Source: a virus
Strand: one strand, 5' to 3'
IMG/VR virus record: IMGVR_UViG_3300046517_002960
Span: 126,217 to 190,216 of that record
DNA length: 64,000 nucleotides
This document shows positions 43,150 to 51,659 of the stretch, in pieces (the stretch's first letter is position 1; each line of letters begins with the position of its first letter). The translations under genes and the position numbers were made by a program. The notes under the pieces are model-generated. The model did not search any database. It was not told where the DNA came from and saw nothing but the letters and a program-made list of their open reading frames with translations.

Positions 43150-43814
43150 GGCAGGCTCCGGTCATGCCAGCGGAACGCCGGGCTGCCCACCGCGGGGCGC
43201 GGGCAGGCGGGTACCGGGCGGGCTCCCGGCGCGGACCACTGCCGGTGGCCGTCCGCGGTGCTGGAGTAGTACAGGTACAGCACCCGCGGGATGTACTCGT
43301 CGGCGTGCAGCAGGTGGGCGATCTGCCCGCGGAAGTCGTAGTCCTCGCCGAGCTCGCGGCACGCGCGGAAGTCCCCCTTGCGGGCGATCGCGGCCCGGAC
43401 CGGGTTGAGCAGGGTCCAGTCCCGGTAGGCGCCGCCGCTGTCCGCGGCCCACTGGCGGGTGAAGCGCAGGCTGTGGAACGCCAGCTGGACCGGCTCGCCG
43501 TCCTCGAAGACGCGGACCTGGAAGCCGACCGCCTCAGTGGCGGGGTCGCCCATGGCCATGATCACCGTGTAGACGAAGTCCGGGACGACCAGGTCGTCGT
43601 CATCGATGAAGCTGATGAACTCGCCGCGGGCGTCGTCCAGCAGTGCCTGGCGGATCTCGGTCAGCGGCGCGCTGCCGTCATTCAGCAGGGCCACCACTTC
43701 CACCCCGGGCACCGCCTCGGCCTGCGGCAGCAGCACCGCGAGCAGCCGCAGCAGCGCCGCCTGGCGGGTGGCCAGGGTAGGGATCAGGATGGACCACTGC
43801 AGCGCCGCGCTCAT
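43146..43814 (-). CDS. GT2 glycosyltransferase
   Basis: WSILIPTL, ARGEFISFIDDDD, GEDYDF. Confidence 0.85.
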   Translation of the reverse strand: MSAALQWSILIPTLATRQAALLRLLAVLLPQAEAVPGVEVVALLNDGSAPLTEIRQALLDDARGEFISFIDDDDLVVPDFVYTVIMAMGDPATEAVGFQVRVFEDGEPVQLAFHSLRFTRQWAADSGGAYRDWTLLNPVRAAIARKGDFRACRELGEDYDFRGQIAHLLHADEYIPRVLYLYYSSTADGHRQWSAPGARPVPACPRPAVGSPAFRWHDRSLP

Positions 43815-44164
43815 GTCAGGATCGGCACCGCCAGCCGCTGCGTGTCGCTCTCGTAGGCCGCCGCCGAGCGCGGCCCGCGGGTGAACACCAGCACGACGGT
43901 GTCCTCCAGGGCCTTCCAGGCGTGCGGGATGCCGGCCTGCTCGGTGACCAGCTCACCCGGCCCGCGGACCTGCATGTGCACGCCGTCGTCCTCGGTCCAG
44001 GCCACCTGCATCAGCCCGGATACGATGTAGGTCCACTGGGTGGTCTGCAGGTGGACGTGGTTCCCGCGCACGCTCCCGCGCCGGGTCCGGATCTCGGTGA
44101 TCGCGTCGATGTTCTCCAGCAGGTCCTGGATGACGCCGCGGTCGTCTTCGTGCCTGCTAGCCAT
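43811..44164 (-). CDS. Cupin-fold sugar isomerase/epimerase (FdtA/WxcM-like)
   Basis: EDDRG, RGNHVH, PHAWKALED. Confidence 0.75.
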   Translation of the reverse strand: MASRHEDDRGVIQDLLENIDAITEIRTRRGSVRGNHVHLQTTQWTYIVSGLMQVAWTEDDGVHMQVRGPGELVTEQAGIPHAWKALEDTVVLVFTRGPRSAAAYESDTQRLAVPILT

Positions 44165-45284
44165 TCCAGAGCCTCGCACGGGGGAGGGGGACGATGAACT
44201 TGCCGTCGTAGCCGGACGCGCGCAGCTTCGGCACGATGTCGGCGGCGACGTGCCAGGCCAGCAGCAGCGCGTGCGGCGGCTGGTTCTCGGCCAGCTCGCG
44301 CTCATCCACCACCGCGATGCTCGTGCCGGGCAGCAGGGTGCCGATCTTGTCCGAGCCGCGGACCTCGCAGATCCGGTCGATGTAGGACTCGATGCCGGCC
44401 CAGTGCAGCAGCGGGGTGGCCCGGGTGGACGCGGAGATCCCGTAGATCGCCCCGGCCCCGGCCGCGGCCTCCATGGCCCGGCACAGGTACCCGCGGGCGG
44501 CGTCGGCGCGGACCTGCAGCCCGGGCCGCTGCTGCACGGCGACGGCGCGGAACGAGCCGCCGTGCACCGGGATGCGGTCCAGCGCCCTGATCAGGAACCC
44601 GTGCATGGACAGCACGTAGCCGAGCGAGGCGGGGGAGTAGTAGCGCAGGTGCTCGTGGTAGACGGTGTCGACCTGCAGCTCGTCCACCACCGAGGCCCAG
44701 TCGTGGTTCTCGGTGATGAACAGGCCGCCCTCGTCCAGCGCCTCGGCCACCCCGGACAGGAAGTCGTGCTGGTCGCCGGCGTGCGCGAGCACGTTGCACG
44801 CGACGATCACCCTGGCCCGGCCGAGGTAGCGCGCGATGTCGCGGGCCAGCTTCCGGGACCAGAACGCCCGCTCCACCGGGATGCCCCGGCCGCTGGCCCT
44901 GGCGGCCTGCCCGGTCGGCTCCACCGCCAGCACCCGGGCGTGCGGCGCGTGGCGGCGGACCGCCTCGAGGAACGTGCCGTCGTTGGCGCCGATGTCGATC
45001 ACCAGGTCGCCAGGGCGCAGCTCGGCCGCGACCAGGGCAGCCAGGTCATCGAAGTGCCTGCGCAGCGCGGCGGTGTTGCCGGTGGTGTACGGGTGCCCGG
45101 GCGGGAACACCACGTCCCGGTCCACCGCGTAGGTGAGCTGGGCCAGCCCGCACTGGGCGCACTCGGCGACCTGCAGCGGGTAGCGGCCCCCGTCGTCCCG
45201 CTCGGCCAGCGGCTGCTCCCCCATGTCCAGCACGGCCTTCAGCCGGGGGTCCCCGCAGGTCGCGCAGGCGGTTACCTTACTCAC
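44157..45284 (-). CDS. NDP-hexose C-methyltransferase
   Basis: C..CG..LDMG.QPLA, DIGANDG, YHEHLRYY, HGGSFR, YG.S.RA, GKFIVPLP. Confidence 0.9.
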   Translation of the reverse strand: MSKVTACATCGDPRLKAVLDMGEQPLAERDDGGRYPLQVAECAQCGLAQLTYAVDRDVVFPPGHPYTTGNTAALRRHFDDLAALVAAELRPGDLVIDIGANDGTFLEAVRRHAPHARVLAVEPTGQAARASGRGIPVERAFWSRKLARDIARYLGRARVIVACNVLAHAGDQHDFLSGVAEALDEGGLFITENHDWASVVDELQVDTVYHEHLRYYSPASLGYVLSMHGFLIRALDRIPVHGGSFRAVAVQQRPGLQVRADAARGYLCRAMEAAAGAGAIYGISASTRATPLLHWAGIESYIDRICEVRGSDKIGTLLPGTSIAVVDERELAENQPPHALLLAWHVAADIVPKLRASGYDGKFIVPLPRARLWNG

Positions 45285-46242
45285 CGTCGTGCTCCCGGTA
45301 CCAGGCAGCGGTATGCGCCAGCCCGTCCGCGAACGGCGTCACCGGCAGGCTGCCCCCGGCCAGGGCGGCGATCTTGGCGGTATCCGGGAGCCGCCGCGGC
45401 GGGCTGCCCGGCGGCAGCGAGCCGGGCTCGACCTTGATCTCCCGGCCCCAGCAGGCCGCGACCGCGTGCGCGACCTCGGTGATCGTCTTCTCGTCTCCGG
45501 TGCCGACGTGGTAGATGCCGCCGGGGGCATCCGGCCGGGCCAGCAGCATCAGCTGGTCGGCGCAGTCCCCGATCCAGCAGAACGAGCGGGTCTCGGCCCC
45601 GCTGCCCTGGATCGGGAACGGCAGGACGCCGTGCGGCTGGGCCGCGGCCAGCCGGGCCATCCGCAGGCAGAACTCCGGGATCACGTGCTCGCGGCCCATG
45701 TCCGGGCCGTAGATGTTGTGCGGCCGGGCGATCACCGCGCGGTCCAGCACGCCGGCCCGCTGCCAGGCCAGCACCGCGAGCTCGCACGCGATCTTGCCGC
45801 CGCCGTAGGAGTACCGCGGGTTCAGCGGGTCCGGCACGGTGAGCGGCACCGTCTCCGGCGTCGGCACCGCGGGCGCCACCTGGTAGGCCTCGGAGGAGGA
45901 CACCAGCACCAGGTCGCCGCACCCGGTCGCCGCGCACGCGTCCAGCACGGCCAGGATCCCGCGCAGCGCGGTGTCCAGCACGGCCCGCGGCTCGGCGTAG
46001 AACGTCTGGGTGCCCTGCACGTACGCCAGGTGCCAGGCCTGGTCGCAGCCCTGCATGGCGCGGATCACGTCATCGCGGTCGCGGACGTCGCCGCTGACGA
46101 TCTCGATCCCGGCGGACCGCAGCCGGTCACGCCGCCCGCGGCTGAAGTCGTCCAGTACCCGGACCTGGTGCCCGGACTGCGTCATCTGCCGGGCCAGCGC
46201 GGATCCGATGAACCCGGCGCCGCCCGTGACCAGGGTCTTCAA
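45277..46242 (-). CDS. NAD-dependent sugar epimerase/dehydratase
   Basis: TGGAGFIG, SSSEAY, YGGGK, RPHNIYG; GGAGG SD before TTG. Confidence 0.9.
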   Translation of the reverse strand: MKTLVTGGAGFIGSALARQMTQSGHQVRVLDDFSRGRRDRLRSAGIEIVSGDVRDRDDVIRAMQGCDQAWHLAYVQGTQTFYAEPRAVLDTALRGILAVLDACAATGCGDLVLVSSSEAYQVAPAVPTPETVPLTVPDPLNPRYSYGGGKIACELAVLAWQRAGVLDRAVIARPHNIYGPDMGREHVIPEFCLRMARLAAAQPHGVLPFPIQGSGAETRSFCWIGDCADQLMLLARPDAPGGIYHVGTGDEKTITEVAHAVAACWGREIKVEPGSLPPGSPPRRLPDTAKIAALAGGSLPVTPFADGLAHTAAWYREHDGE

Positions 46243-46409
46243 CCGGGACCTCCAAGCAGGGAAGATCCCGGCTCCGGCGGTGGACCGGCCGCGGGTGCTG
46301 TGCTAAGCGTACTCCGCTGCCGCGTCCTGTCATCACCCCGGCTTCTTCCGGCCGGCCGGAGAATCCGCGGCGGGCACGGCCGGGCCGCCCGGCCACGGCC
46401 GGCGGGGGG

Positions 46410-46592
46410 TCAGTGCCAGAGCTGGGCGAGCATGAACAGCGCCAGCCCGGCGGCCACGAAGGTCGCCCAGACCGCCCGCGGCGCGATCACCCAGGCGACG
46501 ACGGCGGCCACCAGGAACAGCAGGAACGCGAGCAGGATGAGCACGCCGTGCGCGCCGGAGACGGTGAACGAGGCGGCCAGGTACGGGGTCAT
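46410..46592 (-). CDS. Small two-TM membrane protein (holin-like size)
   Basis: Two hydrophobic segments in 60 aa. Confidence 0.6.
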   Translation of the reverse strand: MTPYLAASFTVSGAHGVLILLAFLLFLVAAVVAWVIAPRAVWATFVAAGLALFMLAQLWH

Positions 46593-47011
46593 ATCGTGAG
46601 CTCCTGAGTGCTGTCGCCGGTCTGCAGGGCTGAGTCGGTGACGGTCAGCGTGACCGGGAACGTGCCGGCCTTGTTAGGCAGCTTCCACGTCACGACCATG
46701 CCGGAGCCGGTGTCCTTGTTATCGAACAGCCAGGCCCAGTTAGTGATGACCAGCTCCGGGTCGCCGGGCGCCGAGGCGGACCCGTCGAACGTCACGGTGA
46801 TGTTCTTAGTCGGGATCGGCGGGGTGTAGGTGAACGCCGCGACGGGCGGCCCGCCCGGCAGCGGCCCCGGGTCGATCGCGGGGGGCGCGTCCGGCATCCC
46901 GGGGAACCGGTCGGCCCAGTCCCGGGCGGCCTCCGCGCCGTGGATCTCCATGATCCCCAGGTCGGCTTCCGGGATTTCCGGCTCGGTGCCGGGCGGCCAT
47001 TGCTGTGCCAC
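46589..47011 (-). CDS. PKD-domain protein
   Basis: PVAAFTY..VTFDGSAS..WAWLFD..GTFPVTLTVTD. Confidence 0.8.
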   Translation of the reverse strand: MAQQWPPGTEPEIPEADLGIMEIHGAEAARDWADRFPGMPDAPPAIDPGPLPGGPPVAAFTYTPPIPTKNITVTFDGSASAPGDPELVITNWAWLFDNKDTGSGMVVTWKLPNKAGTFPVTLTVTDSALQTGDSTQELTI

Positions 47012-47017
47012 GGCACC

Positions 47018-47161
47018 TCACCAGACCAGGTTCGCGTAGCTGGCGTTGGCCAGGTCGCCGTTCTTGACCGTGGCCAGCTCCTGCCCGGCCGGCTTGGAGG
47101 ACGGGCTCGGGTTGCCGGCGTTGGCCTTGCCGGAGTTGCCGGCGTGGGAGACGTTGGACAT
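47018..47161 (-). CDS. Hypothetical 47-aa peptide
   Basis: MSNVSHAGNSGKANAG..YANLVW; high GC3. Confidence 0.55.
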   Translation of the reverse strand: MSNVSHAGNSGKANAGNPSPSSKPAGQELATVKNGDLANASYANLVW

Positions 47162-47167
47162 CGCTGG

Positions 47168-47380
47168 TCAGGTCTGCTTCCACGGCGCGGGGCCGTCCTC
47201 GAAGCCGCCTTCGGCCTCCCCGCTGTCCGGGCTGGCCGGGCCGGCGTCCTCCTCGCACGCGGACCAGCCCCGGCCGGGCCACCGCGGCGAGCTGGTCGGC
47301 TGCTTGCTGGTCGCGTCCCAGGGCTGGTCCGGCATCACCGGGCCGCCCGGGGCGATCCCGCGTCCGGGCTTGATGGTCAT
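47168..47380 (-). CDS. Gly/Pro/Asp-rich protein ending in PWKQT
   Basis: Paralog of 47382..47633. Confidence 0.65.
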   Translation of the reverse strand: MTIKPGRGIAPGGPVMPDQPWDATSKQPTSSPRWPGRGWSACEEDAGPASPDSGEAEGGFEDGPAPWKQT

Positions 47381-47381
47381 C

Positions 47382-47633
47382 TCAGGTCTGCTTCCACGGG
47401 CCGGCGCTGCTGGACCCGTCGTCCGGCCAGTTGCCGGGCTGGGACGCGCCGGAGCTCATGTCGATCTGGCCGCCGTCGCGGATCTTGACCCACGGGTCGG
47501 CCCCGGAGCCGCCCTTGGCGTCGTAGACCGTGCCGGCCTGGGTCTGCGGGTCCCCGCTGCCGGACTCGGTGGCGTCCCACGGCTGCCACGGCTGCGACGG
47601 GGTGGAGGTGATCGGGTTCGGGGCGTCAGGCAT
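47382..47633 (-). CDS. Gly/Pro/Asp-rich protein ending in PWKQT
   Basis: QPWDAT and PWKQT shared with 47168..47380. Confidence 0.65.
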   Translation of the reverse strand: MPDAPNPITSTPSQPWQPWDATESGSGDPQTQAGTVYDAKGGSGADPWVKIRDGGQIDMSSGASQPGNWPDDGSSSAGPWKQT

Positions 47634-47642
47634 GGTCTTCTC

Positions 47643-47927
47643 CTATCGGGGCTGGTCCTTGCCGGCGGCCGGGGTGCTGGCCCAGGAGTGGCTGCCGCCG
47701 GGCAGCGGACCGGGCCGGGGGGCGGGCTTGCCGGTGTCGCCGGGCTCGCGCCGGCCGCCGGGGGAGAACTCCACCTTCGGGTCGCCCTGCTTGGCGGAAG
47801 GCGGCAGCGGGTCGACGGGCGGGCTGCCCGGCGCGGACATCGCCTTGTCCCGGCCGCTGGTCATGTTGCCCGCGGCCTGGCTGGTCGGCCACATGGCGTC
47901 CTCGGCGAGGCTGCTCAGGTCCTGCAC
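47643..47927 (-). CDS. Gly/Pro-rich capsid-adjacent protein
   Basis: 94 aa, in operon. Confidence 0.6.
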   Translation of the reverse strand: MQDLSSLAEDAMWPTSQAAGNMTSGRDKAMSAPGSPPVDPLPPSAKQGDPKVEFSPGGRREPGDTGKPAPRPGPLPGGSHSWASTPAAGKDQPR

Positions 47928-47929
47928 GG

Positions 47930-48469
47930 CTATCCGTGGTACCGGCCGCCGCGCATGACCGAGCCGCCGCCCGGCTGGAACCGGCCCTCGCCGGCCTGCG
48001 GCTCGTTGCCCTTGATGCCGGGCAGCTGCGGCCCGCCCGTGGCGTAGCCGTGGTCGTTGGCCTGAGTCCAGTCCCCCGGGCCGTCGATCTCGTCGCTGAC
48101 CGTGGTCGTGCCGTAGGTGCCGCCCAGGAAGCTGCCCGGGTCGGTGAAGCTGACCTGGGTCCCGCCGCCGCCGAGATCAGGCGAGATGCCGGTGCTGCCC
48201 GGCGCCCCGGTGTCGGTGATCTCGGAGGTGGTCAGCCCGGCGAAGTCACCGGTCAGCTGGCCGGCCTCCACGGTCGGGTCGGCGTTCGCGCCGGCCCCGC
48301 CGGACGTGCCGGGGGCGCCGGTCCCGGAGGGCAGCGGCCCGCCGAAGATGCCGTGGTCGGTGCCGGGCGGGTACTGGCCCGGCTGGGTGGTGTCGTCGCC
48401 GCTGCCGGCCCGGCCGGCCCGGCCGGACTCATCGGCCCGGCGTGCGCCCGAATAGCTCGGATGCGTCAT
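47930..48469 (-). CDS. Gly/Thr/Asp-rich capsid-adjacent protein
   Basis: AGGAG SD; 179 aa. Confidence 0.65.
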   Translation of the reverse strand: MTHPSYSGARRADESGRAGRAGSGDDTTQPGQYPPGTDHGIFGGPLPSGTGAPGTSGGAGANADPTVEAGQLTGDFAGLTTSEITDTGAPGSTGISPDLGGGGTQVSFTDPGSFLGGTYGTTTVSDEIDGPGDWTQANDHGYATGGPQLPGIKGNEPQAGEGRFQPGGGSVMRGGRYHG

Positions 48470-48539
48470 CAGGAGCTCCTATTCTCGAGCCCGGCTCCTG
48501 ACGAGGCCGCGGGCGCATCGTGTCTTCCAGGATAGGCCG

Positions 48540-49097
48540 TTACAGCCTGCCGCCGTACTTGCTCATCAGGTCCGCCTTGGTCATGTCCCGGGCGGTGTCC
48601 GGGTTCTCGCCGCACAGCACCGCGTAGTCGATCCACTTCTGCTTGATGTCGTGCGGGGCGGGGGGCTCGGCCAGGCCGCGCTCGTCCGTCTCCAGCTCCA
48701 TGTCCATTTCCGCGGCCAGGTCCATCTCCGTGACCGGCTCCGGTTCCGGTTCCGGCGTGACGCGGGGTTCCGGGGCTGCCGCCGTCTCCGGCGCCCCGGC
48801 GAGGGGCGAGACCTCGGCGACCGGCGATACCTCGGGCGGCGGGACCGGGGCGGGCGGGCGCCCGGGCAGGGACGTGGCGGAGGCCCCGGCCCCGGGCTCG
48901 GGAGGAGCCGGGATCTCCGCCTGCGGGGCGGCAGCGGCGGAACTGCCGGTCCCGCTCCCCACCGGGACGGCGAGGTGCCCCGCGATGAGGTCCCTCGCTT
49001 CCCAGTCGGGAACCTCGATCTCGCCGTAGGCCGGGGGCCATTCCCGGCCGTCCCAGCGCCCGCCGGAGATGTGGTCTTGCATGCGGACCACGGGCAT
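48540..49097 (-). CDS. Post-capsid protein with C-terminal small helical domain
   Basis: GGAGG SD; KQKWIDYAV..MTKADLM. Confidence 0.7.
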   Translation of the reverse strand: MPVVRMQDHISGGRWDGREWPPAYGEIEVPDWEARDLIAGHLAVPVGSGTGSSAAAAPQAEIPAPPEPGAGASATSLPGRPPAPVPPPEVSPVAEVSPLAGAPETAAAPEPRVTPEPEPEPVTEMDLAAEMDMELETDERGLAEPPAPHDIKQKWIDYAVLCGENPDTARDMTKADLMSKYGGRL

Positions 49098-49227
49098 GGC
49101 TTCCTCCTGTTCCCTGAGCTGTCACCGGGCGGCTGGTTCCCCGCCCGTCTGGTGGTCACTCACCGGGCGGGCGGGGCCACTGCCGCCTGCTGTACTCGAA
49201 TACGTGTACTGAGTACTCGAACAGTTG

Positions 49228-50493
49228 TTAGGTAGCCGCTCCTACATAGAGCTTGATGGCGCCCGTGCGATCGACAAGGGTGCCGTCACCTCGAAGAATG
49301 GCCCGGAAGGTCACCAGGTCGGACCCGAAGGCGAAGTCGTCACTGCGTTCGAATCGTACCCCGCCAACTAGGCGGACGAAGAACTGGCTGAAGTCGCCGA
49401 AGGCGATCGACTTCGCGGTGGTGGCCTGGGCGGGCATGAACGGGTCCGCCACCAGCGGCTTCCCGAGCAGCAGGTCCGGAGAACCCAAGACAGCGGACGG
49501 TTCCCAGATAGGACGTCCGACTGTATCGGTAATTTTCCGGAAGCCTCCGATAGTTTTATCGGCTGCCAGCCAGTAGCAGGAACGACTCTGCCTGTAGGGC
49601 GCGATGACGCTGTACTCGAGGTCCACGAGGTTGGCGTAGCTGGGCGCGCCCGACACGCCGGTCACCGAGCCGGTGACACCCGTGGTCGCGGTGCCGATGA
49701 TGCCGGCTGGCTGCCCGGTTCCGGTCCCGTTCACGAGGTCGTTTCCGAACGCGTTGCCGAGAGCGCGGCCAGCCTGCATGGCCAAATAGCCCAGCAGGTC
49801 TACTGCTGTATCATCGATGAGCTCCCGTGCCACCTGCAACAGGATCCCGTACTTGAATGCGGAGAGTGGCTGCATGCTGAACGCAGGGTCACTGGTCGGC
49901 AGGGATCCGGCCTGAGCGGCCGACGCGGCACTCGAATGTGCTGTCGTTTTCGGCACCTGGAGGGTCTCGCCGCCACCAGTGTTAAGCACGGTAGGCCCGC
50001 ACTGCATGACACCGGAGACCTCAATGAGGTGCGCGATGAGCATGTCGTAGAAGTCAGTGGGGATGATCGATGAGGCGGATGTGGTTGCGCCGCCACCCGC
50101 GGTGGTGAGGACGCGGTAGTTGATCGGCCCGAGCGCGGGGTCGCGCCGGACCTCGAGCACCCGGCCGGCGCCGTCGTCGCCGCGTGCCCAGGCGCGGATC
50201 TCCTGGAGCATCTTCGGGCCGCCCGCGGTAGCCTGCGCCTGGCCCCGGGCAGGCACTTTGCCACTGAGCGCGTCGTAGGCGTCGTCGGCCTCCTTCGCGC
50301 GCTTCTCGGTGTCCAGGACCGCGCGGATCCTCACATCGAGCTTCTGCATCTCCTCCTGCAGAGCGTCCCAGCGGCCCTGTTCCTCCTCGGACAGCGCCCT
50401 GTTCTCCTCTGCTGCCTTCTCGGCAATTCCCTTCGCTTCTTCCCACACATTGAGCCTGCGGTCCCTCAACCGCTTGGCGACCTCAGAAGGCAT
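49228..50493 (-). CDS. Major capsid protein (HK97 fold with delta/scaffold domain)
   Basis: N-terminal coiled coil; KYGILLQVARELIDD, LLGKPL, FGDFS, SDDFAF. Confidence 0.95.
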   Translation of the reverse strand: MPSEVAKRLRDRRLNVWEEAKGIAEKAAEENRALSEEEQGRWDALQEEMQKLDVRIRAVLDTEKRAKEADDAYDALSGKVPARGQAQATAGGPKMLQEIRAWARGDDGAGRVLEVRRDPALGPINYRVLTTAGGGATTSASSIIPTDFYDMLIAHLIEVSGVMQCGPTVLNTGGGETLQVPKTTAHSSAASAAQAGSLPTSDPAFSMQPLSAFKYGILLQVARELIDDTAVDLLGYLAMQAGRALGNAFGNDLVNGTGTGQPAGIIGTATTGVTGSVTGVSGAPSYANLVDLEYSVIAPYRQSRSCYWLAADKTIGGFRKITDTVGRPIWEPSAVLGSPDLLLGKPLVADPFMPAQATTAKSIAFGDFSQFFVRLVGGVRFERSDDFAFGSDLVTFRAILRGDGTLVDRTGAIKLYVGAAT

Positions 50494-50606
50494 GTGTTTT
50501 CCTTTCGTTGTGTGCCTTCTGCACCTGCGCTGGCTCCGTCCGTGGGTTAGCTACGGCCCTTCAGCGCGCTTGCGAGCTGTATTCGGTTACTGCTTCCCTG
50601 CTGCTG

Positions 50607-51635
50607 CTACTCCTCGTCGGCCCAGGGGTCGTCCATGTTGGCCTGCAGGGCCAGCAGGGCCTGGGCACCGGTCATGACCGGCTTCTTCGGCGGCTTGAGC
50701 CGCTCGGCCGGCCGCGGGCGCCATCCGTCGACATCGCGGTAGCGCTTGAAGAACTCCATCGCCCGGCCCTCGGTCAGCCGGGAGCGGACCTCCTCCACGT
50801 CGGTCTGCACCCAGTCCGCGAGTGACTGCACGGCACCGTTGAGCGCCCGTGCGCCTGCCGTGGCGTCCGGGTACGCCGGGTCCAGGACGGGCGCGACATC
50901 CACGAGCTGGACGGACAGCAGCGTCCTCATGGGATAGTTGAACTCCGACACGCCCCACTCGTCCCCGCCGGGGAAGACCCGGAAGGCGAACGAGCTGTGC
51001 CGCACGTCGCCGCGGGACACGTACTCGAGCACGTCGGCCCGGGCGTGCGGCGGCTCCACCTCGTACGCCAGGCCGGTGGTGTCCGTCGCCAGCCGCAGCG
51101 TGCGGGCGTGCGTGGTGCCGAGCAGGGCGTCGTCGCGGTGGTTGTACCGGCAGACCACGTCCGGCCAGCCCAGCGTCTTGCACTCGTTGAACGCGGTCGT
51201 GTCCACCTGCTCAACGAAGCCCCCCAGCTTCCTGCTCAGCTTGCCGAACGCCGCGGCGTAGCCGTAGATGAACGACGGGCCGGCATCGCCGTTCGCGGCG
51301 CGGATCTCCGGGGGGAACCGGGTGAACCGGCGCTCCGGGATGCCGTCCGGCTCCACGATCCCGAACGCCGCGCGGTTATCGCCCGTCACGGTGATCCCGA
51401 AGCGCTTCGCGGCGGCGAGGATCTTGCCCATCGCGTTCTTGCCGAAGGGCGATTGCGGAGCGCGGGCCAGCGCATTCCTGGCGTGAGCCTCGTCATGCAC
51501 AGGAAAGTGGCGCTTGCTCCTGGGAACCGTCTTTCCCGACTGGTCCTTGCTGCCACCGGGCTCGATATAAGCAAAAGCAGAATCAGGAAGATCATTGATA
51601 GCCTGATTGCTCATAGCTGCACGTGACTGGTTCAT
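50607..51635 (-). CDS. Prohead protease (HK97 U35) with N-terminal DUF6582-like domain
   Basis: GYAAAF, GGFVEQV, YNH, GDVRHSSFAF, DVAPVLDPAY; HFPVHDEAHARNALAR. Confidence 0.95.
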   Translation of the reverse strand: MNQSRAAMSNQAINDLPDSAFAYIEPGGSKDQSGKTVPRSKRHFPVHDEAHARNALARAPQSPFGKNAMGKILAAAKRFGITVTGDNRAAFGIVEPDGIPERRFTRFPPEIRAANGDAGPSFIYGYAAAFGKLSRKLGGFVEQVDTTAFNECKTLGWPDVVCRYNHRDDALLGTTHARTLRLATDTTGLAYEVEPPHARADVLEYVSRGDVRHSSFAFRVFPGGDEWGVSEFNYPMRTLLSVQLVDVAPVLDPAYPDATAGARALNGAVQSLADWVQTDVEEVRSRLTEGRAMEFFKRYRDVDGWRPRPAERLKPPKKPVMTGAQALLALQANMDDPWADEE

Positions 51636-51659
51636 GTCACATCCTTCTCATGCGGCACG

